From Candidatus Latescibacterota bacterium (lineage in GTDB: Bacteria > Latescibacterota > UBA2968 > UBA8231), in assembly GCA_965248265.1 (NCBI GenBank), contig CBDFJF010000002.1, positions 2,144,001-2,208,000 on the forward strand: a stretch of 64,000 nt of DNA, in the 5' to 3' direction. A program made the translations under genes and the position numbers. The notes beneath the pieces were generated by a model. The model had not been told where the DNA came from. It made no database searches and saw nothing but the letters and a program-made list of their open reading frames with translations. Below, piece by piece: positions 1 to 9,746 of this stretch; the stretch's first letter is position 1; each line of letters opens with the position of its first letter.

Positions 1-1649
1 GAGCGCCAGTCGCGGCGCACGGTGTCGGGCCGGATGTCCTGGTCGTCGTTGTCCTCGACCATCTCCACCACATGGTTGCGTTCGCTGGTGTAGTCTATCC
101 GTCCATCCGGCGCAGCGACGAAGGTGCGTGTGTTGTATCGCGGGTCCATACTGTAGAATTCGCTGAAGAAGAAGAACGGGGCGGCCTGGTGCGCTACGTT
201 TACCATCCACGCGGGCGCGCTCTCATCGCCCCCGATGCCGGAAGTGGCCTCGTGCTTGTCCTTGCCGAGTTTCGGGTATTTGCGGTAGCTCCAGCTCCGG
301 TCATACTCGGCGTAGAGGTCGAAACCGAGGAATTCGCGTACTTCGAGGGAGGCTCCCGCGACATGGGTGGCGGTGGGCAATCCGTAGCTGAAGCGGAGGG
401 TCGTCAAGTTGGTGATGTCCTTGACGTTGCCTTCCGCCTGGGTCACCAGTAGCAGCGCCGGTCGCCGTTCGATGTCCGTCTGTCGGTCCGAGGTCATCCA
501 GACCTGGTAGTCGTTGCCTATTTGCAGGTCGAAATCGACGCCGACGATCTGGTCTTTGGAAAGGCTCAGATCTGCGAGGTTATTGTCGTTCCGATAGCGC
601 TCGATGTTCTGCAGGTAATCGACGCCGTCGAAATCGTAGAGCAAGCGGATCTCCTCGGCGCCGTCGGCCGCGAGGAACCCCTGGCGCACGAAACCGCCGT
701 CGATGACGGGTTCGAACTGAAAATCCGTGCCGCGCAGGACGGTGCCATCCTCATAAGTGATGATGATGTCCGTGCCGGCCGGGAAGAAGGCCGCCCCACC
801 TTCGCCGTCTTCGGGTGAGTCGTCCCGCAACACGATCTGGATCAAGCCGATGGTCTGATTCTGATCCACGGTCAGGGCGCCGGCAAAAGGGGTCCAGTCG
901 ACTTTGTCCGACAGGGTACTGCCTTGATGTGAGTTGACCATATGGGCCCCGAGCTTGACGAAGCTGCCCAACTGCGCTGTGAAGCGGCCCCCAAGCAGGC
1001 TGGTGAGGTTGGTGGTGCGCGACTCTCCGGTGCCTGTTGAGGAGCCACCGGGATCGCTGATACGGGAAAAGAGCAACGTCGCTTCGTAGCGATCGGCAGC
1101 CAGGTCGAACTGGATGCCGTCGAACATCGGCTTGGAAAAGACCATCGGTGTCAGCGTTGTGCGCAACCGATTGGAGATGCTCATCGCGTAGTGATACTGG
1201 CCCTTTTGGTCAGAAGCCACGAGGAGCCCGGAAAACCAGTCCTGGAAGCGCTCGGGTTTGACCAGGGTGTTGCCGAACTGCTGTGGGGAAGTCTGGGCGT
1301 TGTTGTAGATCAACCAGCCGCGGGTGACGAAGTTGCCGTAGAGATCGTAGAAGTAATCTCCCTCGAGGATGTTGGAAACGTAGCGCTGGTAGGGACTGCT
1401 GGCGTAGTTCGTGTACTCCCACTGCCGCCACCGGTGCTCCTCGAACAGCTCCTGAGGCACGTACCAGCGGCGCACGGCTGGATCGACGGCGTTGAGCATG
1501 ACGCCCGGTCCCTGTGGGTCGAAGCTGAGTGCCCCGCCCTGCCGCACTCCCAGACGTGACCCGTAGTCTGTCTGACCTGAAGCCGCCGTGTAGGCCATGA
1601 GCAGGTTGAGCACTGATATGCAGAAATACAGCGGGAGCCTGACGCTCAT
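1..1649 (-). CDS. Exported protein of the unnamed ~950-aa putative outer-membrane barrel family (paralog A; runs off left edge)
   Basis: Manual translation from ATG 1649 (SD AAGGAAGG): MSVRLPLYFCISVLNLLMAYTAASGQTDYGSRLG...RRWYVPQELF...WEYTNYA...GDYFYD.YG...RTTLTPM.FSKP...DDSPEDGEGGA...YGLPTA...EDNDDQD; motifs match the genes at 26130, 31237 and 34103; no stop inside the window. Confidence 0.9.
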   Translation of the reverse strand, partial: MSVRLPLYFCISVLNLLMAYTAASGQTDYGSRLGVRQGGALSFDPQGPGVMLNAVDPAVRRWYVPQELFEEHRWRQWEYTNYASSPYQRYVSNILEGDYFYDLYGNFVTRGWLIYNNAQTSPQQFGNTLVKPERFQDWFSGLLVASDQKGQYHYAMSISNRLRTTLTPMVFSKPMFDGIQFDLAADRYEATLLFSRISDPGGSSTGTGESRTTNLTSLLGGRFTAQLGSFVKLGAHMVNSHQGSTLSDKVDWTPFAGALTVDQNQTIGLIQIVLRDDSPEDGEGGAAFFPAGTDIIITYEDGTVLRGTDFQFEPVIDGGFVRQGFLAADGAEEIRLLYDFDGVDYLQNIERYRNDNNLADLSLSKDQIVGVDFDLQIGNDYQVWMTSDRQTDIERRPALLLVTQAEGNVKDITNLTTLRFSYGLPTATHVAGASLEVREFLGFDLYAEYDRSWSYRKYPKLGKDKHEATSGIGGDESAPAWMVNVAHQAAPFFFFSEFYSMDPRYNTRTFVAAPDGRIDYTSERNHVVEMVEDNDDQDIRPDTVRRDWR

Positions 1650-1705
1650 CAATTAACCTTCCTTTGCCAATATCGTGACAGCCGGAGGTAGCCGTTCTGC
1701 GAGTC

Positions 1706-3343
1706 CTACCCCAAGCGTTCTTCGAATATCTCGATGCGCTCCTCGTATTTATCGCGCAAGCTCCTGATGAACGCGATGGTGAGTTCCTGCTTGCGCTCCT
1801 CGGTGATCAAGTAACGTGCCTGTTGTTCCACTTTTTCGAATGGCCGAATATGGCTGTCGATGCGCTCGACGACACGTAAGAGCGAGTAGGCTTTGTGGTG
1901 CTTGACCCAGACAGGGCCCACCAGCTCGCCTTCCTGTGCGGCAAGGGTCGGCTCGATCAGCTCGGGCATGGCGCCGGCCCTTACCTTATGTACTCGCAGC
2001 TCACCTCCCAAGGCCCTTTTGCCATGGGTGTGCACGTCTTTCCGGGTCAGCAGTTCGGCGATCGTGGTGCCTTCCTCAAGTAACCGACGCCACTCTCTGG
2101 CCTCGGCCTCGCCGGCTGTATACACCTCACGCACGACCGCTTCCTCGAAGGCGCGGAAGCGCTCGCGGTTGGCGTCGTAGTAGGAGCGTACGTCTACATC
2201 TCGGATATCGAGCTGGTTGTCCACCTCATACCCCATCAGGTCTTTCACCAGCAGCTCGTCATGTTTGCGCTGGCGCCAATCGATTAATTCCTCCTCATCC
2301 TCCCAGCCCTCGTCGCGCGCAGCTGCGGCGAATAGCCACTTGTGTAATACCACTCTGTCTGCCAGATCGACGACCTGAGTGCTGTCTTCGAGGGGTATGT
2401 GGTGCCCGATCGCCTGTAGGCCCTTCAGGCACTCACCTGCGTCAATGTGACCACCATTGAAGCTGTAGAAGGGCTGTCCCGCCTGCTCCGGGGCCAGCTC
2501 CACTTTCTGCAGGTTCTCGTGTCCGATCAGAACGCGCAGACCCGGCATCAGGCGAACACCATACCTGTGGGTGAGAAGCTCGACCTGTTCCTGCTTCCGG
2601 AGCCAGACTTTCTCCTGGTAGGCACGTCGCTCGATCCGCTCCCGATGAGTGAAGAGATCCGCATCCCGATCCTCGACGAACTGGATGACTTGCCACAGCT
2701 GTGGTGAAATCTTGTTGATGGCGAACTCCCCCGTGGGAAGGGAAGTGAAAACCCGACGCTGGATGGACCACCGCCTGGCGTCCATGAGACTGATCCAGCC
2801 GAGCTCTCCGTCGCGGGTCAACTCGTCGTTGGTAGCGAAGCGCTGCGCCATCTCTTCGAAGGGAGAACCGGAATTCAGCTCTTTTGCGATCTGTTCCGCC
2901 TCGGTTTCGCTGCGCACCATTACGCGTCTCAACCGCCGTTCGCGGTCCAGACCCGTCTCCTTGAAAATGCGTTCGATGTCCTCCTCAGTGACCTCCACCT
3001 GGGGGCCGATGGTCCGGAATTCATACATCTGGGCCAGGCGCCCCTGGATCGTCTGCCGGAGATCGTACAGGAATGCCTCGTCCTCATGCAGACCCCGAGC
3101 CCGAGCCTCCACGATGAGCATCTGATGATCTAGGGCTGAGTTGAGGTGGTCGAGGTCGGCTTCCCGGCCCTTTTCCGTCGAGCGAACGGTCTCTGGCAAA
3201 CGCGCCACGAAACGCTCGAGATCGGCCACCGTGATCTGATTGTCGCCGAGGCGGGCGAGTACCGGGCTGTCATCGGAACCGCAGCCGGATAGGGTGACCA
3301 GTAGCAGAGAAATGATGAATCTCAGAGAAATGATGAATCTCAA
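1706..3343 (-). CDS. SurA/PrsA-like lipoprotein chaperone with two PpiC (parvulin) domains
   Basis: Lipobox LSGC; 'VLARLGDNQITVADL' SurA-N-like start; two rotamase-like segments (EAEQIAKELNSGSPFEEMA...GELGWI; EAREWRRLLEEG...GELVGPV); TTG start after GGAAGG. Confidence 0.82.
   Translation of the reverse strand: MRFIISLRFIISLLLVTLSGCGSDDSPVLARLGDNQITVADLERFVARLPETVRSTEKGREADLDHLNSALDHQMLIVEARARGLHEDEAFLYDLRQTIQGRLAQMYEFRTIGPQVEVTEEDIERIFKETGLDRERRLRRVMVRSETEAEQIAKELNSGSPFEEMAQRFATNDELTRDGELGWISLMDARRWSIQRRVFTSLPTGEFAINKISPQLWQVIQFVEDRDADLFTHRERIERRAYQEKVWLRKQEQVELLTHRYGVRLMPGLRVLIGHENLQKVELAPEQAGQPFYSFNGGHIDAGECLKGLQAIGHHIPLEDSTQVVDLADRVVLHKWLFAAAARDEGWEDEEELIDWRQRKHDELLVKDLMGYEVDNQLDIRDVDVRSYYDANRERFRAFEEAVVREVYTAGEAEAREWRRLLEEGTTIAELLTRKDVHTHGKRALGGELRVHKVRAGAMPELIEPTLAAQEGELVGPVWVKHHKAYSLLRVVERIDSHIRPFEKVEQQARYLITEERKQELTIAFIRSLRDKYEERIEIFEERLG
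3305..3342. repeat. 18-bp tandem duplication CAGAGAAATGATGAATCT x2
   Basis: Seen directly; gives LRFIIS-LRFIIS in the signal peptide. Confidence 0.95.
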
Positions 3344-3511
3344 GGTACCTTCCAATATGGCGATCGGATTGCATGGAACTGGCAAACAAAGTAGCCAATT
3401 TCACTTCTGTTTCCGAGCAAAAAATATGGTGTGGTGGTGTGATTCTGAGGCTGCGGGCTATGTTCTCGACCGAACCTGCCGCAGTGCTCTCAGCTTTCGA
3501 GGCCTCGTGAC

Positions 3512-4465
3512 TTGGTAACCCTGCAAACAAGACATTCCCTATCACTGATCATTGGCGTGCTGGCAGTAGGCGGCATGACAGCTGCTGAGCCGGAGGCCGG
3601 CGGAGCCGCCATAGGCCAGGAGAGCACCCAGGGGGTCTGGTTGCTTCGACAAGGGCGTCCGAGGGAAGCACTGACCCTTCTGAAACAGGCCGCGGAGAGA
3701 GAGCCGACTGATCCCCAAATCCACTACAATCTGGGCGTCGCCCACGCCAGGCTGAGAGACTTCGCGAAAGCGGTGAAGGCCTTCGCGCGTGCCGTAGATC
3801 TGGCACCGCAACATCCAGACGCGCATTTCGCCCTGGCCGTCGTCATGGGAGTTGAGCACCGCCAGACCGAGGCAGCCGCCCACTTCGAAAAGGCGGCAGC
3901 GCTGGCGCCACAGCGGGCGGATTACCATTTCCGCCTCGGCAAAGTCCGCAAGGCTCTGGGCCAGGTCGAAGAGGCCCTGACGGCTTTCGCGACGGCGATC
4001 GAACTGGATTCGACGCATGTGGAAGCCCACTATCTGCGAGCCGACTTACTGGCCTTGAGCAACCGACCTGAAACAGCCGAGGAGGGGTACCGGCGCGCAC
4101 TCGAAATCGACGGGCAGCGCGCCGACGTCCTACTGGGTTTGGGCACGGTCTGCGTGCAACAGGGGAAATACCTGCAGGCCGCCAAAGCGCTGATTCGTGC
4201 CGTCGAACTGGAACCGCGCAATACCGCTGCCCTTTACCTTTTGAGCCAAGCGTACCTGCACCTTGGCCTGCCAAGCGAGCGTGAGCAGGCTTTGGAGGCC
4301 TTCCAACGGCTGAGCTCGGCCCAGTGGTTTTACAAGCAGGGCGACCTCTACGCCCGGCGCGGAGCGCTCGCAGCGGCGCGAAAGGCATTGGGGGAGGCCC
4401 TGGTGCTTGATCCGGACCACGCCGAGGCGCGGGAAAGGTTGTCGCAGCTGGGAGCAGAGCCATGA
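3512..4465 (+). CDS. Tetratricopeptide repeat protein, probably exported
   Basis: Repeated TPR consensus (HYNLGVAH, HFRLGKV, LLGLGTV, AVELEP); hydrophobic N-terminus; overlaps the next start. Confidence 0.88.
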   Translation: MVTLQTRHSLSLIIGVLAVGGMTAAEPEAGGAAIGQESTQGVWLLRQGRPREALTLLKQAAEREPTDPQIHYNLGVAHARLRDFAKAVKAFARAVDLAPQHPDAHFALAVVMGVEHRQTEAAAHFEKAAALAPQRADYHFRLGKVRKALGQVEEALTAFATAIELDSTHVEAHYLRADLLALSNRPETAEEGYRRALEIDGQRADVLLGLGTVCVQQGKYLQAAKALIRAVELEPRNTAALYLLSQAYLHLGLPSEREQALEAFQRLSSAQWFYKQGDLYARRGALAAARKALGEALVLDPDHAEARERLSQLGAEP

Positions 4466-6150
4466 AGGGACACTTTCAATTTTCCGTAGCGCTTCTGATC
4501 CTGTTCTCAGTCTGTTCGTCGTCGGAGGCGAAGGAGGGGGGGAGCGCTGGGACCGCGGTCGCGCCGCGCCGCTTTACGGAGGTGGGTGCGGATCTGGGTT
4601 TAACGCGACTCCACACTGGTGGCACCGATGAAAAGGGCTATATCGTCGAGGCCAAGGGGGGAGGAGCCGCCTGGTTGGACTTCGACGGCGACGGAGCTCT
4701 GGACATCTACTGGGCTAACGGGTCGACGCTGGACGACGCGCAAGGAGCTGGCAACGCCCTTTATCGCAACGCAGGCGACGGTTTCGTCGATGTGGCCATG
4801 GCGCTGGGCGCAGAGGGAAGGGGCTGGTCGATGGGTGCCGTCAGCGCCGACTACGACAACGACGGAGATGCGGATGTATATGTCACCAACCTGCAAGACA
4901 ACATTCTCTACCGCAATGACGGCGATGCTGGTTTCCAGGAAGTGGGTGGAGAGGCCGGTGCCGCTGCCGCCATCTGGAGCACGGGCGCGGCCTTCGGAGA
5001 TTACGACAGGGATGGGGATGTCGATCTCTACGTAGCTTCCTACGCGGAGTTCGACCCCGGGCAGATCCCGCACCTGGGAGCCTTGTGGAAGGGGGTGAGG
5101 GTGTTCGTCGGGCCGATGGGCCTGGTGCCAGAAGCGGATAGATTCTACCGCAACGACGACGGCCGCTTCGTTGACATCACCGGGGAGGCCGGCCTGGCGC
5201 AGCGGCAACCGGGTTACGGCTTCGGCGTGCTCTTCGTCGACTACGACGACGACGGGGACGCCGATCTCTTCGTCGCCAACGATTCCAGCCCCAACTTTCT
5301 CTACCGCAACGACGGCGACGGAACCTTCGCAGAGGTGGGGCTGCAGGCTCAGGTGGCGTACGGGGGGATGGGAATGCCGCAGGCCGGCATGGGTGTGGCC
5401 TGGGGCGATTTTGACGGTGATACACGTGCCGACATTTTCGCGACCCACTTCGAGGATGACTACAACACACTGTATCGCAACGAGGGTGGGGGCCTGTTCG
5501 TCGATGCTACGGTCGGGGCCGGATTGGGCAGGGCCAGTTTTCACTACGTGAGCTTCGGCAGTGGGTTCTTCGACTGGGACAACGACGGCGATCTGGACCT
5601 GCTGGTGGCCAACGGCCATGTCTATCCCCAGATAGAGCGTTCGGGTAGTGGCATCAGTTACGCCCAGCCCGACCAGCTCTTCGACAATCGCGGTGGGGGG
5701 CGTTTCGAAATGCTGCTGCCGGGAGCCGGAGACAGTCTGGGCACGGCCAGGGTGAGCCGCGGGAGTGCCATCGCCGACTACGACAACGACGGCGATCTGG
5801 ATATGCTCATCGCCCACCTCAACGACCGGCCGGCGCTTTGGCGCAACGACGTGGGAAACAGGCAGAACTGGCTGGGTGTGAAGTTAAATGGCAGTAGAAG
5901 CAATCGGGGCGGAATCGGCGCCCGGCTGCGCCTGACGGCGGGAGGCCGGGTGCAGGTCCGCGATGTTATCTGCGGGAGCAGTTTTCTCTCCAGCGAGGAC
6001 CCGCGGGCGCACTTTGGACTGGGCCAAATCGCCACGGTGGATTCACTCGAGGTGCGCTGGCCGAGCGGGACTGTCCAGGTGTTGAGAGACGTGGGGATCA
6101 ATCAGTACCTGGTTGTGGAGGAGGGCGAATACCCCGAGCCTAGCCACTGA
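4462..6150 (+). CDS. CRTAC1-family FG-GAP/ASPIC-UnbV protein
   Basis: Multiple DYDNDGDxD FG-GAP repeats, NxLYRNxG motifs, C-terminal SNRGGIGA...GSSFLSS...HFGLG...WPSG; signal peptide. Confidence 0.93.
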   Translation: MKGHFQFSVALLILFSVCSSSEAKEGGSAGTAVAPRRFTEVGADLGLTRLHTGGTDEKGYIVEAKGGGAAWLDFDGDGALDIYWANGSTLDDAQGAGNALYRNAGDGFVDVAMALGAEGRGWSMGAVSADYDNDGDADVYVTNLQDNILYRNDGDAGFQEVGGEAGAAAAIWSTGAAFGDYDRDGDVDLYVASYAEFDPGQIPHLGALWKGVRVFVGPMGLVPEADRFYRNDDGRFVDITGEAGLAQRQPGYGFGVLFVDYDDDGDADLFVANDSSPNFLYRNDGDGTFAEVGLQAQVAYGGMGMPQAGMGVAWGDFDGDTRADIFATHFEDDYNTLYRNEGGGLFVDATVGAGLGRASFHYVSFGSGFFDWDNDGDLDLLVANGHVYPQIERSGSGISYAQPDQLFDNRGGGRFEMLLPGAGDSLGTARVSRGSAIADYDNDGDLDMLIAHLNDRPALWRNDVGNRQNWLGVKLNGSRSNRGGIGARLRLTAGGRVQVRDVICGSSFLSSEDPRAHFGLGQIATVDSLEVRWPSGTVQVLRDVGINQYLVVEEGEYPEPSH

Positions 6151-8081
6151 CAAGTTGTAGCACCAGTGCGTACAGCGCCATCACGCCCTGCGGCACCCAC
6201 TCGCCGATGATGAGCCCGAGAAAAAAGGGGCGCAGGGCCTTGAAGAGCCGCGGTCCCCCGTATTTGAGGGCTGCGCTCTTGATCGCCCAAGCGAGCAAAA
6301 TGCTGAGGAACATTTTGTTGGCGGCGACGCTGATGGGGAAGGCGATCGGGTGAAAGGGCCACCAGACGAAGCGGTGCCGGGCGACAGGCACCGAGTCCGG
6401 CGTGGCCCCAGTACTCCCAGCTGGGCTCCGTCATCGTCCCGAGCCGCCCCGCGGCATCCTCCCAGGGCCGCAGCGTCTGGCCGCGGAAGTACCATGACGT
6501 GTTCAGCCCCCCGTGCTCGTAGGCCAGATCGAGCACCAGCCACACGGCACTGAACAGCGTTACAACGACGGCAATCAACATGCTCCAAAAGAGCAGCCGC
6601 CGCCCTTGCTGTACCGTCTCCTCGATCACCTTGAGCCCGTTGGCCGCCGAGGTCATCACCAGCAGGATCATGTCACTGGCCCAGGCATACGTGAAACCCA
6701 GGGCGATGATGCCGCCCGGCTGCAAGGCGCGGGTGCCGAGGCCGCCGACGATGGCGTCCGAGGCGACGATGGGGATCAGGAACTGGGCGACGCCACCTTC
6801 GGCGATGATGCGGGTAATCCCCAGATAGATGATGAAGGCGATGAACAGGTAGAGGGGAGTGATCCAGGCCGGCATGCCCGCGCGCCACATCCAGAAGGCC
6901 ATGAACCCCAGGCTGCCGAGCGTCGCCAGCACGGCGGCGCGATACGACATGATCTCGCCGACGTCATCTTCGCCCTCGCGCTTGAGTCCGATGGTGTGGC
7001 GCAGCACCAGCAGGAGATGGTGACGGGCGTTCCACAGGCCTACCCCCACGAGGGCGACGAAGGCGCCCAGGCCCTCGAAGGCGAAGGTGGACTCCTGCGA
7101 CCACGAGCTCCACAAGGGGTCTTGCTCGCGGGGGCCTTGCAGGGTGGATAAGATCTGGTAACCCACATAGACGACGAAGAAGAAGCACAGCCCGAGGCTG
7201 ATGTCGCGGCGGATGAAGTAGGCGAAACCGATCATCATGAAGCTGATGCCCATGCGGATGCCGACGGTCTCGCGGAAGAAGTAGAAGTAGGTGCCGCCGA
7301 CATGGATGTAGTCGATGGGGAAGTGGCGGGCGAGGCCGTTGTTCATGTTGATGATGAACGGAACGATGAACCCGGCCCAGAACAACCAGTTTCTGAACAG
7401 CGGTTTGATCAGGGAGGGTCTTCGACCCTCATCGTCCAGGATCATGGCGATGGGCAGCTGGATCATCGGGTAGGACAGGCGCTCGTGGTTGATCCACTGC
7501 TTGCGCAGGATGACGACGATGGCAATCATGGCGATGTAGAGGGACAGCATCAGGGGCAGCCACTGGAGCAGAGCCGGCAGCCACAGGCCCCAGGCCACGG
7601 AGACGCCGCTGCGGCCCTCGTAGAAATCCTTGAGCAGCTCGCCGTCCTTGGTGGGGATGGCCCAGTCGGGGACGAGAGGCAGGATCACCTCCGTCCAGTT
7701 GTTCTCGGGCGAGGCGTAGTAAGCGAGGGTGGTGATCTCGGGCAGGAACGGGCCGACGAAAGCCGATGTAGTGACGGCCGAACCGACCGTCCACATGACG
7801 AAGATCTGTGTCAGCTCAGCTGGCCTCAGCATCCAGCTGCGCCGTACCAGCCCCACGGCCGGGTTCACGATCAGCGCCATCATGAACAGCATGATATTGG
7901 CGCCAATGGTGTAGTACCAAACGGCGAAGGCAAAGCCGCCCAGCACCATATCGCAGTACTGAAAGCCAGCACCCACGATTAAGCAACCGAGAGAGCCGAC
8001 GGCGAGGCCGCGGTAGCTACAACCTGAGCCGGAGGGCGAGTGGATCACGCCGCCTGGCACGCCGTGCCCACTGCGAGGCAC
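6140..8081 (-). pseudogene. DUF6785/DUF6784-type polytopic membrane protein, frameshifted by a ~20-nt deletion near 6386-6390
   Basis: YYASPEN, LRKQWINHERLSYPM; C-terminal WWPFHPI...GGPRLFKALRPFFLGLIIG lies in another frame (ORF 6140..6391); paralog residues VVMALLM are missing. Confidence 0.78.
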
Positions 8082-8087
8082 CTTACA

Positions 8088-9746
8088 TCACTCTTTCTTG
8101 GGCTCTTCAAGGTCAATTAACTGATTCACCCCAACAGCACCCATTTCGAGCAGGTTTCCATTGGGAAGAGTGGCCACGATCCTGTCGATGACGGTGCGAC
8201 GTCCGAGACCGAAGTGTACGACCAGATCATTCTGGGAAAGGTAGCTGGAACCACTCTTCACGTCGGCAATCTGAGCTAGCTCACCGGCGACTACCCTAAC
8301 TCGCGTACCGATTCCCGAACGATTGCTGGCTGTACCCACAACACGCACCTTGATCCAGTTGTTGCGGTTGCCGCCATCGTTCCTGAAAAGCTGTGGTTTA
8401 TCGTTGCTAGTCGTGACCAGTATGTCGATATCGCCGTCATCGTCATAATCTCCGAAGGCCGCACCGCGACTCGACGCCTTGCGTGAAAAGTCCCCTCCCA
8501 CGTGGTCGGTGACCTCCTCGAAAGTGCCGCTCGTCAGGTTTTTGAAAAGGTGATTCGTCTGTTCGTACGTGGTCTCGGGATGAAATGACTCGACGTTGTA
8601 TTCGACATGTCCATTGGCGATGAAAAGATCCTTGTAGCCGTCGTTGTCATAGTCGAAAAAGCACGTGCCCCAACCCAACGAAGGGAGGGTTTTCTCGCCC
8701 GTTCGGGAGACATAGGAAACATCCGAGAAAAAACCATCACCATCATTGTGATATAGCGTTGCTGTCTGGTCCTGAAAATTGGTGACTACGATGTCCAGAA
8801 ATTCATCGTTGTCGTAATCTCCAAAGTCGACACCCATACCGCTCTCCATCTCGCCGTTCTCACTCAGAGCGACTCCACCATGGTAGGCTGTATCGGAAAA
8901 AGTGCCATCGCCGTTATTGTGGAAGAGGTAGTTCTCGTTGGTGTCATTGGCGACGTAAAAATCGAGATAGCCGTCGTTGTCGTAGTCGCCCCAAACAACA
9001 CCAAGTCCTCGGCCGCGCGGTTTGTGCACTCCCGCTTCGGTAGTGATGTCGGTGAAGGTGTCGTCTCCAGTGTCGTTTCCATTGTTTCGATAGAGCACAT
9101 CTGCGGACCCGGAAAAATCCTGTGGTCTGCAATACGTCAAGATCCCTCTGATCTCGCACGTTTTGTTTTTCTCGAGGGCGAACTGAACGTAGTTGGTGAC
9201 GTAGAGGTCCAGGTCACCATCCCTGTCAAAATCCGCGAAAGCGCAGGAAGCTCCCCAGCGCCCGTCTCCTACGCCGGCACGGTCGGTGACATCGGCAAAG
9301 GTGCCATCACCATTGTTGGAGTAGAGGATGTTGCTGCCGAAATTGGTCACGGACAGGTCGAGATAGCCATCGTTGTCGGTGTCTCCTCCGCAAACTCCAA
9401 CACCGTAAGCGGCGTCGCCGACGCCAGCAGATTTTGTCACATCAGTGAAGGTCGCGTCGCCCTCGTTGCGATACAGGGCATTCGTCGGCGGGGTGTTGGA
9501 CTGAAAACCGGGCAGATCGGCCCCATTCACGAAGTAAATATCCAGATCGGCATCGTTGTCGTAGTCGAGGAAGGCTGCGCCGGACCCCAGCTCTTCGACA
9601 AAATAGAACCTTCCACTTCTGCCATCGGTGTGCTTGAAATGGATGCCGGATGCCGCGGTGACATCGGTGAATGTCGGTGTTTGGGCAAAAAGCATCGTAC
9701 ACATACAGCAGAACATGATGAGGACAAGCAGAGCGTAACGGATCAT
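8088..9746 (-). CDS. CRTAC1-family FG-GAP/ASPIC-UnbV protein
   Basis: Signal peptide, FTDVT...GI.F.H start, FG-GAP repeats, SNRSGIG...SGSSYLSQ...HFGLG. Confidence 0.93.
   Translation of the reverse strand: MIRYALLVLIMFCCMCTMLFAQTPTFTDVTAASGIHFKHTDGRSGRFYFVEELGSGAAFLDYDNDADLDIYFVNGADLPGFQSNTPPTNALYRNEGDATFTDVTKSAGVGDAAYGVGVCGGDTDNDGYLDLSVTNFGSNILYSNNGDGTFADVTDRAGVGDGRWGASCAFADFDRDGDLDLYVTNYVQFALEKNKTCEIRGILTYCRPQDFSGSADVLYRNNGNDTGDDTFTDITTEAGVHKPRGRGLGVVWGDYDNDGYLDFYVANDTNENYLFHNNGDGTFSDTAYHGGVALSENGEMESGMGVDFGDYDNDEFLDIVVTNFQDQTATLYHNDGDGFFSDVSYVSRTGEKTLPSLGWGTCFFDYDNDGYKDLFIANGHVEYNVESFHPETTYEQTNHLFKNLTSGTFEEVTDHVGGDFSRKASSRGAAFGDYDDDGDIDILVTTSNDKPQLFRNDGGNRNNWIKVRVVGTASNRSGIGTRVRVVAGELAQIADVKSGSSYLSQNDLVVHFGLGRRTVIDRIVATLPNGNLLEMGAVGVNQLIDLEEPKKE

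Noticed and set aside
4670-5800. Recurring GACTACGACAACGACGGCGAT-like sequences as a CRISPR or repeat array
   Set aside because: They encode FG-GAP DxDxDG loops inside CRTAC1 genes; irregular spacing, no cas genes
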